From the NCBI GenBank assembly GCA_032718475.1, contig JAUCBJ010003708.1, forward strand, positions 4,285 through 68,284: 64,000 nt of DNA, given 5' to 3'. A program made the translations under genes and the position numbers. Position 1 is the stretch's first letter. Each line of letters opens with the position of its first letter. Below the pieces are notes generated by a model, which ran no database searches, had not been told where the DNA came from, and worked only from the letters and a program-made list of their open reading frames with translations. Below are positions 13,591 through 23,884 of the stretch, piece after piece. Source of the DNA: Nemertoderma westbladi. Its lineage: Eukaryota > Animalia > Xenacoelomorpha.

Positions 13591-14800
13591 GTAAGTAAGT
13601 ATGTACACGTTCGTGGGTCCTTCGCGCAGCACGAGGCTCGGTTATAAGATACAAATTAAAATTAAGCAATTCTATATATTTAAGATTTATTATACTATTT
13701 ATACTCGGTATTTAAGAAATTTAACTTCACCGCCAATAAATCAAAGAAGAGAGGAAAGCCTTTAACCCCACTCTTGACCTGCAACACCCCAACCCAAACC
13801 CGAACAGAAGGCAGGTATTAACATAAAATTTGTGTTTTAATAATATATAATAAATATATTTTAGGAGTAGAGGCGACCCAATTTTTAAAAAATATTAAAA
13901 CTTACATTATGCCGATAGTATTGATAGTGAAATATTAATTTACCAGTTTACGACGCTAACACCTCAACGAAATTATTATCCTGCCATATTCTACGAAACT
14001 ACCGGTACTAATTCTACATAAAGAAAGAGTCACGATTAAATAGTTCAGCTAATTATTTTGATAAACAATAAGCAAAGCTCTCTTAGTCAGGTTCATTACA
14101 TTGCTGCCTTTGAGTCGTGGCGGGGTTTGCTGCATACCGTTCGTATTAAAACTAAACCTTCATTTCTGAAATAATAAATTCGATAGAATTCAGGACAGTA
14201 CCAGTACCAATTGATGCAAAAACAGACGGGAACAATTGAATAATTAAATAAATATTTGAATTTATTAACGAGCTAATATACTATAACAAAAAAACAATAC
14301 AATGCCTACATTGATCTAATCTTAATTAGGGTTTGGGCAACCACTAACGTCAATAAAAAATAACAAATTAGCAATCAGCTGTTTGGCATTGATTTCCCCT
14401 AGAGAGGGATGAATTTTTATTGCATCGAATCCACCTGTCCCTATCCATATTATATCAGTCAATAAGGTAACAAAGTCTTTATTACCACGTGGACGACACT
14501 GCGACAGGCAAACACCACTGGCTGGCTAGTACACTAACAAACACTACTATAACTTAACTATAGAATGATCCATCCGAATTCACTTGACTTTCACTCACTT
14601 GACTTCACCTTTCACTCGCTTCGAATAGATTCTGTAGAGGTATCCGCCTACTGTTGTTACGGGTACGGGTCGACGCCGTTCGACAGAAAACGCTGCAGAG
14701 ATTTGGGAGTTTGGGGCGAACATAAACATGAGCGTGAGTTAACGTGTGACAGTGCAGCTGTTGCACCCGAGCCGGAAGCTCGGAGCAGTGTCAAGGGCAA

Positions 14801-16015
14801 TGTAAAAGCTTTTGTGGGATAACTGATTCGTTTGCCTTGCTAACCAGTTCCCCCCAGGCGCTGGAATACTCTAAAAAGGGATCTATAGCTCGAATAGTGC
14901 AAGCTACCGGCTGATTGGCTGATTTGCTGTACGAAGGGATCTGGGCTATGTTCAATCGTCCAACCAGCTTAGGAAGGTTGCCCCATAGCCCTGCTTTCTG
15001 TATCTGCCAATAGGATTTGAGTTGGTTTTGATTTTGACCTATCACAGATCTACTGAACTGAATTTCCTATCTGTATGCTCATTCTCTGTGGTGGGTGGAA
15101 TCTTTTGTAAATAAGGGTAGCTGGCATTCTTATAGTTATTCTTATCAGTGTTCAGTGTTGTTGGTTATTCTAAGCCAGGAAGAACGGCTCTGGAATCAAT
15201 TGTTTTCAGACTTTATAAGAAACATTAGTAGGCTTAGATTATAGAACGTATAACTGTTATCGGTCCAACTCGATCTTATCACAACATATCGTGTTGGTTT
15301 TATTCTAATCTTAACCTACCGTCTTACTGCTTTTATGGTTTGTAATTATCAGTGTTCAGTTTAGTTGGATGTTATTAGTTGAAGAATATCGTCAAATAAC
15401 CCAAATTTCCCAATTTTCTTGATACAGTACAGGTTAGAGAGACAGTTTACATATAACGATTGCGACTTATATTATAGTGGTTTGTAGTGAATATAATGCT
15501 ATTTGGTAGCCACTACTTGAGTCAATTGCTATTCTCTTTATACGTGATCAAAGTCAGTGACTGTCGGCAAACCAGTGAGCAGTATTGTGCGGTACCGGTA
15601 GTGTGTATGATTGTGAGTGAGACTGATAACTAAGCATCTCCTAAAGAATGCGTCTCATACGTGAATTCTAAGCCATATCGTTGTGTTTGGTGTAAGTCAT
15701 AACTTTGTTTACATAGATAGAGCGCCACGTCCTAAAGGAACTGCTAATATTTCCCGAAAGTGAATAATATTTACCAGAGATTATATATTAGTGATCAATC
15801 GAATAATACAAGTAGGCTTCACTGCAATAAATCTAAGCATACGAATCCAGTCTCCCGGGTGTAACCATCGGGTGAATGAACGCGCACAGGCTGGCTTCGG
15901 CTAATGTTGTGTTTATTTTGTATTAAATCTTGTCATCTTATAAAGTCAATTTACCAACTAAAGACATATAAATTTTGGCAGGTTAAACTGCTAAAGGTCT
16001 CCAAAAGCGCGTACA
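14801..16015 (+). repeat. 5' LTR
   Basis: TGTAAAAGCTTTTG...AAAAGCGCGTACA; I spotted only 3 mismatches to 25315-26529. Confidence 0.95.
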
Positions 16016-16059
16016 ATAACAGTTATTGATCTTATTGCAGTAAGCAATAAGGTTGCTAA

Positions 16060-16950
16060 GTACCGGTCTACCGGTAAACCAGAACCGGTACTTCTGTAGG
16101 TCAGTAGGCCCAACTGCCAGAACCGGTACTGCTGTAGGTCCGTAGGTCCAACTGTCAGAACCGGTACTTCTGTAGGTCAGTAGGCCCAACTGTCATAACC
16201 AGTACTGTTGTATAAGTACATTAGTATTATTCGATTTTGATTATTGTATAGCGGTAGGTCTTAGTACTTAATCGGGGACTGCAGCCCTGATTTTTTATTG
16301 AGATTCTACTTATTTCTGTCGGTTTTATTTCCTAGTAAGTTAATATTGAGCTGAAGACCTGTAAGTCTGCTCAGATTGTTCAGATCATTGTAGGCTGGAC
16401 TGTTGTCTGACTGTTGTTAGGCTTGAAGATTACAGCGTGTGTAGAGTAGGTCTGATAGAGTGCCAGTTAGTAAGTTGGGGCAACTCGTAGTTGTAAGGTC
16501 AAACCCCCTGCTAAAGAATAAGTCGTACTACCGTATTAGCACGCATACTAACTAACAATTTCGGAATCTGCATATACTGTAGTTTATTTAGGCTTGATAG
16601 TAGTCCGTCAGCGTTTATCCTGTATTGTTTGTATAGTCTGTTCAGGTACCGTAATATTATTCAGATATTTTGTAGGCTGGATTGTGGTCTGGCTGTTGTT
16701 GGGTCTGAGGGAATTGCTGCGTGTGTAGAGTAAGTCTGATAAAGTGCCAGTTAGTAAGTTGGGGCAACTCGTAGTTGTAAGGTCAACCCCCTCTTAAAGA
16801 ATAAGTCGTACTACCGTATTAGCACGCATACTAACTAACAGTTTCGGAATCTGCACATACTGTAGTTTGTTTAGGCTTGATAGTAGTCTGCCAGCATTTA
16901 GTTTGTATTTTATTTGAGTATTCTGTACGGGTAGCGTAATATTTATTATT
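16060..16950 (+). repeat. Tandem repeats in the BEL 5' leader (about 4 x 37 bp, then 2 x about 290 bp)
   Basis: AGAACCGGTACTTCTGTAGGTCAGTAGGCCCAACTG repeated at 16080-16200; 16380-16660 duplicated at 16661-16950. Confidence 0.85.
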
Positions 16951-18117
16951 CAGAGTTTATGCGATTACTCGCAACATTCATGTCCCCAAGTTTATTCCTA
17001 CAGTAATTGTGTTTGTTATACATACCGTTATAGTTAAATTAACCCCGGTACTACACGGGCTGCTTGGCGTAGGTAAAGACTGGTGACTTTGTGCCCCGGT
17101 CACTCCAGCAGATGCTGTGGTTCTTTTAACTGTTCAAGTATATTTAACTGCTGGTTATCTGTTTTACAAGTACTTGTACCTAATTTAGGGTTTAGTGTAC
17201 AGTGCTTTCCGAAAGTAATTAGTGTAGGCATTATATTTGTGTTGTAAAGTGGTTGATAGGCACGTTCGTTAGCTCTATTAACTTCTAGGTAGGAACACTC
17301 CGTGATACATAACGTAGTACCTATAGCGATACGGCTGTAGGTCGTCAAGCGGTGGTATTTTTTCTATCTGGACAACGCAGTATATTTACTCCTGCTTATT
17401 ATTTTCAAATACCGTAGTATCCTGTCTGTTGTAATAACCAGAAATTCTAACCTTTTGTTAGACTGGTTTGTAGTTCCCTGTAAAATTACCCTAAAAAATT
17501 TGTACGTAATATTTTGTTGTTGTGTTTAATTAGAGATTTAATCTCACTCGTATCGTAAGTAATTTGTAGATAAGTAACTTAGGAAGTAGAATTATTTGTT
17601 TTAGTGTCAAATAAGTAGCACTTCACTGAGAGCGCATAGCTTTTGTGTAAGTGATTACTTCTCAGAAATAGTAACATCTATTTCAATATTGTAACAAAAC
17701 CCCTTATCAGGGTATATATATATATATATTATAAATCAACTCAAAGGTTTATAAATTAGTAGGCCTGTCATACAACAATTAGGTCTTAATATCAGTTGGA
17801 CTACTGCTAAAATAACGGTAATAGAGTAAACTCAAGTAACTAAGTAACCTTATAATTTCAGAAATTCAATTATCCTAAATAATTGATATACCGGTATCTA
17901 TAATAGGCTTATTATATAGTTGTATATATTTGCACTGAAATTATATACCGGTATTCTGTGACAAACCTAGTCTGCAATACTTATATATACTATAAGTGTA
18001 TACCGGTATCCTAATATATTGTAATTAATTACCGGTACTAGGCCAACAGTCCTACTGAATTACTAGACTTGCTTTAACTGTAACTATAGCAGTAGGTATT
18101 CAACTGTACAAACAAAC

Positions 18118-21100
18118 ATGTCTGACACAACCCAAACACTGTCAGATAGTCTCTTAGAAAGTGCTAGAATGAGTGTTAGACAGGGTCTTAAAAAGATCTG
18201 GGACTCAGCTAAGAGTATAGAACGTCTGAGACCAAAGTCCAAGTCCCCTCCTACTGTAAGCAAGGTCATCCCTACAGTAGTAGTGTCAGACCCTAGGCTA
18301 GTAAAACAACGTAAGTCTATCCACGGCACTCAGTCCCAAATCGAGCGGGATCAAGAAGCAGCTGTCAAACAGCAGCAACATCCTAGCCAAGAACCTAGTT
18401 CTCAGCGGCCCGATAGCTCCAGTAGTTCGGATACTGTTGAGCGGACGCCCGAACGCGGAGCGAAGATGGTGGATACGGTTTATGATGAGCGGCCAACCTA
18501 TGAAGAATCAACCGACGCCACTTCTTCTCAAGAGGAAAGCGAAGGGACAGCAGAGAAGCCGCGAACTAGAGACGCTATTGACATCTATCTGTCAGACTAT
18601 CAACGTTTTGTCGGAGACGAAGAGTTGAGGAGACGACTGTCTGGACTTCGCCCTAATAGTGAAGGAACCAAGCTTGTGTTGGACGCAATCGATGCGGAAA
18701 TGTTAGCTGCAAACAAAGCTAAATTTGATGAACAACTCCGCATCGCTAGAGCCCAGGAAGAACAAGTCCAGAAAAGACGAATAGAAGACAAAAGGGCCGC
18801 AGCAATAGCAGCGGCAATGGCAACAGCAGAAGCGGACAGAAAAGCAGCAGAAGCAATGGCAATGGCCGAAGCAGACAGAAGGGCGGCAGAAGCAGCAGCC
18901 GAAGCAGACAGAAAAGCGGCAGTAGCAGCGGCAGCGGCCGAAGCAGAAAGAAAAGCGGCGGAGGCATTGGCAGAAGCAGAAAGGAGAGCGTCTGACGAGA
19001 TCGCCCAGCTAGCGTTGGAAAATATTCAGGAAAGTCAAGATAGTATAAATAAACGGTTAACGGATAATCGAATGCAGATGATGAGTCGATCTACTTCCAA
19101 ACGACAAGGCTATACATCATCGGAGGAAGGAGAAACCACCGACCCTGAAGGCGGAGGAAATAGATCTCGTCTAAGTAGACGTAAAAGAACGTCTCTCCGT
19201 CAGAAATTGCCTGATTTGCCTCCAGCTGTTAGAAAACAGCTAGCTAGCACCGCCGTAGCGAATACAGAACACACAGACCGGATTGTTACTGTAAGTAGAC
19301 TCCCTACTATAACAGATGAGCCTGAAATAATTAGGCCTGTTCTCGAAGCCACCACTTCGGTGCTAGAGACACCTGTATTCCAGGGAGCAACCTCTAAATT
19401 CCCTTTACACAGCACGAAACTATCAGTGCCTAGTAGAACAGCCCCTGAAATGGTTCCTGTCATGGACTCCGAGCGAATGGATTGGTCGCCCGTAGTCCCT
19501 CGCCCGCCCGCCACAACGTTGGCGACTCCCGCTTTGGCGGTCGAGTGGGTGGAGGAGGGACGGAGGGGGATGAATGTCCTGCTCGGACAGATGCAGGAGA
19601 CGGTCCACCAGTTCAAGGGAACTGTCAGGGAAAGTAGGTTAGAGCTACAAGAAGTGCAGCAAAGTATCGCGCTAGAACGCGATAAATTAGTAAATGTAAA
19701 AAGGGGCATACCAACACCCCCTGTAACAATGTGTCAACCTGTTAGGCCTGAAGTATTTCATGCGCAAGGTGTGGAGCCTACACGCATCTATACTGCTAGC
19801 GAAGTAGAAACTCCTATAGCAAACCCTATTAAGGGTGATTATAAACCTGTTTGTAATGATATTCCCTATAGACCTGATAATAATCCGAGAAATTTATACA
19901 CCGATAATTCGATATTAAATAACACGATGGCCCAAGAAAGTTTTACGCGTCAGATGGCTAGAACAGAAGCCCGCCAAGCGGTCAAAGTGGAAGAAATCGT
20001 CAAATTCAATGGAGATGAGATGAAATGGTTACCTTTTAATGAATATTACGAAGATAGCATACAGAACTCTGTACTATCTAGCGGAGAGAAACTGAGATTC
20101 CTCATCAAATGTTTGGAAGGACCTCCCAAGTTAATGGCGTTGAAGTTTATTGGACATCCAAATGGATTAAGACAAGTTTGGGATACATTAAACACCAGGT
20201 ATGGTAATAAGGATAACATCGCTAAGTATTTGTATGCAAAACTAGTAGCCCCCCGAAAGTTCCTTAGTAACGAGATTATAGAGTTTTCCGATGAGATTCA
20301 GGAGATCTGTAGACAATTGGATTGGTTAGGTAAGTCTCATGAATATCAGAGTTCTATGGTTATTGGAGCCATAGTCTCTACTTTACCAAAGGGTGGAGTA
20401 TGTACTCGCTGGGACAAGAAAGTGTTGTATATGATGGAGCAACAACGACGGAGCCCTACCATGGCTGATCTCATGTCATTCCTAGACGGTGAGGTCAAAT
20501 TACAACTCATAAAGCAGTCCAGAGAGAAAACATTGGAAAATCAGGTAAGTGAGAAACCCGTTTCTAGGAAAAGAATAATACCCGTGTGTTATACAGACGA
20601 GGGCGAAAGCCAGACCTCCCATGAGGACAGCGGGAAAGACACAGCAAGATCTTACTATGACCACAAAACCCCAAAAGACGTAAGTAAATACAAGTCTCGA
20701 ACCAATAATAGGAGAGAACAGGTTGCCAAGACCCCTCCTCAGCCTCCCAACAGAATTCAGGTAAGAAAGCCCGAAGAACGAGCGAAAGTGCATAACATTA
20801 CCCAAGGTAAAGTGAGTAACATCAAACCAAAATGTGCGCTGTGCGACGGGCCCCACCGTTTGAGTGCGTGTGCAGAATTCCTAAAGAAATCCCTGGCAGA
20901 TAGACGTGGAGTCCTGTGGGATAAGCGGTTGTGTTATAACTGTCTCAGACGCGGACACCAGCGGCAAACCTGTTACTCTGACGCAAGGTGTGCTAAGTGC
21001 GGCGCGAAACATCATAGCTTGTTGCACACGGAATTCGAACGAAAAAGCCCGAGTCAGGTAAGTGAGCCCAAATCACATGTCCAATTCAGTGATGTGAACG

Positions 21101-22266
21101 ACACTGACCAAAGTTCTGAGTGGGAAGGATTCTATACGGACGAATTCTCCGATGCCAACGAATCCTGTTATCTAATAAATACCGCAGTGTATCGAGCACT
21201 TACGTACGAAAAAGACACCGACACGGAGTTCCCCCCAACCACCTTTGACAGACAACCATCTTGGAAAGCTCCAACCTCCCACGTAGGAATACGAGAATTT
21301 CCTGTGGTACAGGTAAGAGTTCACGGTCATAATAAGAGTTACATAGTGAATGCCCTCCTTGACTCCGGCAGTACAGGAACATTCATCGACAAAGAACTAG
21401 CCGAGGACATCTTTGCTGGACAACCCAAATTCCGAACTAAGTTAAATATGTCTGGAATTATGCAAGTTTGGAAATCTACCATAACGGCAGATTACTATAT
21501 AGGTGCGTTGTCCACCCCACAGGATAAATTAGGAGAACAAAGTATAAGGTCAGTAAAAATGGTGGCAATAAAGAACTTCGCTACTACCCAAGTAGAACCT
21601 TATAACTGGGACGAGGACGAGAGCATCCAACATCTTGAGATACCTCGATTCCAAACCGATTATCCTGGAGTGCAAATCCTCATTGGCCAAAACGCGCATG
21701 AGGCGCTCGAGACATTGGAGAAACGGCCTGCTCAACCGCAGCCATTACAAACTTATGCGGTAAGAACTAGAGTAGGTTGGTACTTTACTGGCCCTTCCCG
21801 CAGAACTATTGAAGAAAGATTGCCACAAGACCGGCTACTTCAAGTAAAGGATTGGGAAGAGGAGAGCAGTGAGGTGGACGAACCCACTGAGGGAACACCA
21901 TACTCCTCAGATAATGACGATATTAACTCCAATGTAGATCAATGGAGACATCGCCCCGAGATGATTAATCTAGCCGACATCGCTTCCAGAGGAGCAACTC
22001 CTCAAGAACGGATAGATACTCCCGGCTGGTTAGGTGGACCCGACTCCCTAAGTAAAGAAGAAGATGAATGGCCTCCTCATCTTACCACGGAGAGAGTTAG
22101 ACAGGCCAAGGGAGCAGAGGAAGTAACACGACAGCCTAATCGCCCAGCTGGTCGCTTAGGTTTACTGGAAAGAGACCGAAAACTGTCCGGAAACCATGGA
22201 AGGCAAGATACTGTTCCTACGACCACTTCCCTAATTCGACAAAGATCTAGGGACTCCATAACGTAA
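18118..22266 (+). CDS. BEL/Pao Gag-protease polyprotein with remnants of RNase H and the integrase C-terminus (1382 aa)
   Basis: DUF1759-like Gag (KFNGDEMKWLPF...EKLRFLIKCLEG); triple Cys/His knuckles (CALCDGPH, CYNCLRRGH, CAKCGAKHHSLLH); protease ALLDSGS; RNase H tail QWRH...NLADIASRG...WLGGP; no YxDD or integrase DDE core. Confidence 0.93.
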   Translation: MSDTTQTLSDSLLESARMSVRQGLKKIWDSAKSIERLRPKSKSPPTVSKVIPTVVVSDPRLVKQRKSIHGTQSQIERDQEAAVKQQQHPSQEPSSQRPDSSSSSDTVERTPERGAKMVDTVYDERPTYEESTDATSSQEESEGTAEKPRTRDAIDIYLSDYQRFVGDEELRRRLSGLRPNSEGTKLVLDAIDAEMLAANKAKFDEQLRIARAQEEQVQKRRIEDKRAAAIAAAMATAEADRKAAEAMAMAEADRRAAEAAAEADRKAAVAAAAAEAERKAAEALAEAERRASDEIAQLALENIQESQDSINKRLTDNRMQMMSRSTSKRQGYTSSEEGETTDPEGGGNRSRLSRRKRTSLRQKLPDLPPAVRKQLASTAVANTEHTDRIVTVSRLPTITDEPEIIRPVLEATTSVLETPVFQGATSKFPLHSTKLSVPSRTAPEMVPVMDSERMDWSPVVPRPPATTLATPALAVEWVEEGRRGMNVLLGQMQETVHQFKGTVRESRLELQEVQQSIALERDKLVNVKRGIPTPPVTMCQPVRPEVFHAQGVEPTRIYTASEVETPIANPIKGDYKPVCNDIPYRPDNNPRNLYTDNSILNNTMAQESFTRQMARTEARQAVKVEEIVKFNGDEMKWLPFNEYYEDSIQNSVLSSGEKLRFLIKCLEGPPKLMALKFIGHPNGLRQVWDTLNTRYGNKDNIAKYLYAKLVAPRKFLSNEIIEFSDEIQEICRQLDWLGKSHEYQSSMVIGAIVSTLPKGGVCTRWDKKVLYMMEQQRRSPTMADLMSFLDGEVKLQLIKQSREKTLENQVSEKPVSRKRIIPVCYTDEGESQTSHEDSGKDTARSYYDHKTPKDVSKYKSRTNNRREQVAKTPPQPPNRIQVRKPEERAKVHNITQGKVSNIKPKCALCDGPHRLSACAEFLKKSLADRRGVLWDKRLCYNCLRRGHQRQTCYSDARCAKCGAKHHSLLHTEFERKSPSQVSEPKSHVQFSDVNDTDQSSEWEGFYTDEFSDANESCYLINTAVYRALTYEKDTDTEFPPTTFDRQPSWKAPTSHVGIREFPVVQVRVHGHNKSYIVNALLDSGSTGTFIDKELAEDIFAGQPKFRTKLNMSGIMQVWKSTITADYYIGALSTPQDKLGEQSIRSVKMVAIKNFATTQVEPYNWDEDESIQHLEIPRFQTDYPGVQILIGQNAHEALETLEKRPAQPQPLQTYAVRTRVGWYFTGPSRRTIEERLPQDRLLQVKDWEEESSEVDEPTEGTPYSSDNDDINSNVDQWRHRPEMINLADIASRGATPQERIDTPGWLGGPDSLSKEEDEWPPHLTTERVRQAKGAEEVTRQPNRPAGRLGLLERDRKLSGNHGRQDTVPTTTSLIRQRSRDSIT

Positions 22267-22804
22267 TTATATATGGAGTGGGTGTGTGACTATATTATTT
22301 TATATTTTTTTATTATTTTATATTTATGTATGGATTGTTATGTATTTTATTATAATCGTTTTATTTAATTTTATTTAGTAGAATGTTATTTTAGATTATT
22401 TAGTAGATTAGTGCAATATATTAGTGTTTATTACGTAATTACATATAATATATCTAGTGCGACGGCGAGAAATAATTCTTTTCTCTTTCCTTACTGTCCG
22501 TATTATATTATAAATGCGAGACTATAGTAAGATGACATGTCCGTACTTATTAAAGTACAATAAAGCTCCTACTATATTTAAGTATTATTGGTAGGCAGAG
22601 TATTAGGAATGCAAAGTTCAGATCCTCGTGTCTCGGCTAAACCAAGCTCTGGGTAGACCTTGGAAACGACTTGCCTCTTCACACTGACATTGCTTCGTGC
22701 GATATTGCTCTTCTACCTTATATTAAATAATACATATAGTAGCGTGATGTCCCTCTAACAGTAGCGTAAAACGCAAATAAATCTGTTAAACTTTTTGACC
22801 ATCT

Positions 22805-23080
22805 GTAATTCTAGTCGATTAAGATATCGCGGCACCCACCGATATACTTGAAAGACAAATTCTAGAATCAGTGGTTAATGTCCCCAGACAAGTTCTGGAA
22901 TAAATCGGTGCCCATCTTAAATATTAATTTAATATTTATTAAAATCTGTAAAATTCAGATCCTTTAAAATTTCTAGTCAATTAAGATATCGCAGCACTTA
23001 CCGATACTCTTAAAAGACAATTTTATAGAATTAAGGATCCTAGGTCCCCAGACATGCTCTGGAATAAAATTGTGTCAATT
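22805..23080 (+). repeat. Two diverged ~110-bp direct repeats in the BEL post-pol region
   Basis: TTCTAGTCRATTAAGATATCGC...GTCCCCAGACA...CTGGAATAAA occurs twice; both units are also in the sister element at about 61195-61480. Confidence 0.8.
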
Positions 23081-23698
23081 TTACCATCAAATAATAAAAT
23101 TCGCGGGAATAAATTTAAATTCATATCTTAAATGAATTTCATAAATTGTCATTTTATGCAATTTATAACATTCCCAAAATTCCATTAATTAATAAATCAC
23201 GGGAGCGGAGATTTATCCTATTGAGTGTATTAGAGTGCGAAAATCTCCAACATATAGTCAATAGCCGATAAAATTAATAAAATCATGCATAAAGAGGATA
23301 TTGACAATCAAAGAATTACTATTAAATAGCATCCCAGATCTGTATGCATGAGAATTACCCTAATTCTACCGCTAGCTTTCCATAATGTCACCATGGCAAC
23401 ACCCACGCTAGAATTAAAAACGAGTTAAAAGAAAAATAGAAAGCTTGTCCCATTGCCTAGTATAGAGATTACATAGCACACTGTTTAGTATCCAAGGATA
23501 CACAATAACAACGTGACATTCTGGAAGGCACTGACTAACGGACAAATGGCCCGTATGCTTATAATTGGTGACAGTTGTGTGGAATTTGTGCGTTTGTAGG
23601 TGAATGTTGCTACTAAAGTGTGTTTACAGTAGCTAGTCGCAATCGTAAAGTAGACTTAACTCTGCCGTAAAACCTTAAGTGATTTCAAGACTTTGGGA

Positions 23699-23842
23699 CG
23701 GACAGTGGAGTGACTTGTGCCGGTTATCGTTGTCGTGCTGTTGCTACTACGTTGGCGTAAACACCGCGACAACGGTGCATCGGCGCTGAGGATCCCACTG
23801 TCCGGGGGTAGAGAGGGGTAGGCAGCGACGCCCGCTCGCCTA
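23699..23842 (+). other. Conserved RNA secondary-structure element (long stem-loop plus short hairpin)
   Basis: CGGACAGTGG (23699) pairs with CCACTGTCCG (23795); inner stems GTGCCGGT/ATCGGCGC and TATCGTTGTCGTG/CGCGACAACGGTG; hairpin TAGGCAGCG/CGCT(C)GCCTA; pairing retained with changed bases at 60415-60560. Confidence 0.65.
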
Positions 23843-23884
23843 AAGCTAAACTCATTATAATATTAATAAACTCATATAACAGAT

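Noticed and set aside
14791-15045. Antisense ORF MIGQNQNQLK..., repeated at 25233-25559
   Set aside because: Duplicated only because it lies in the LTR; not conserved in the sister LTR.
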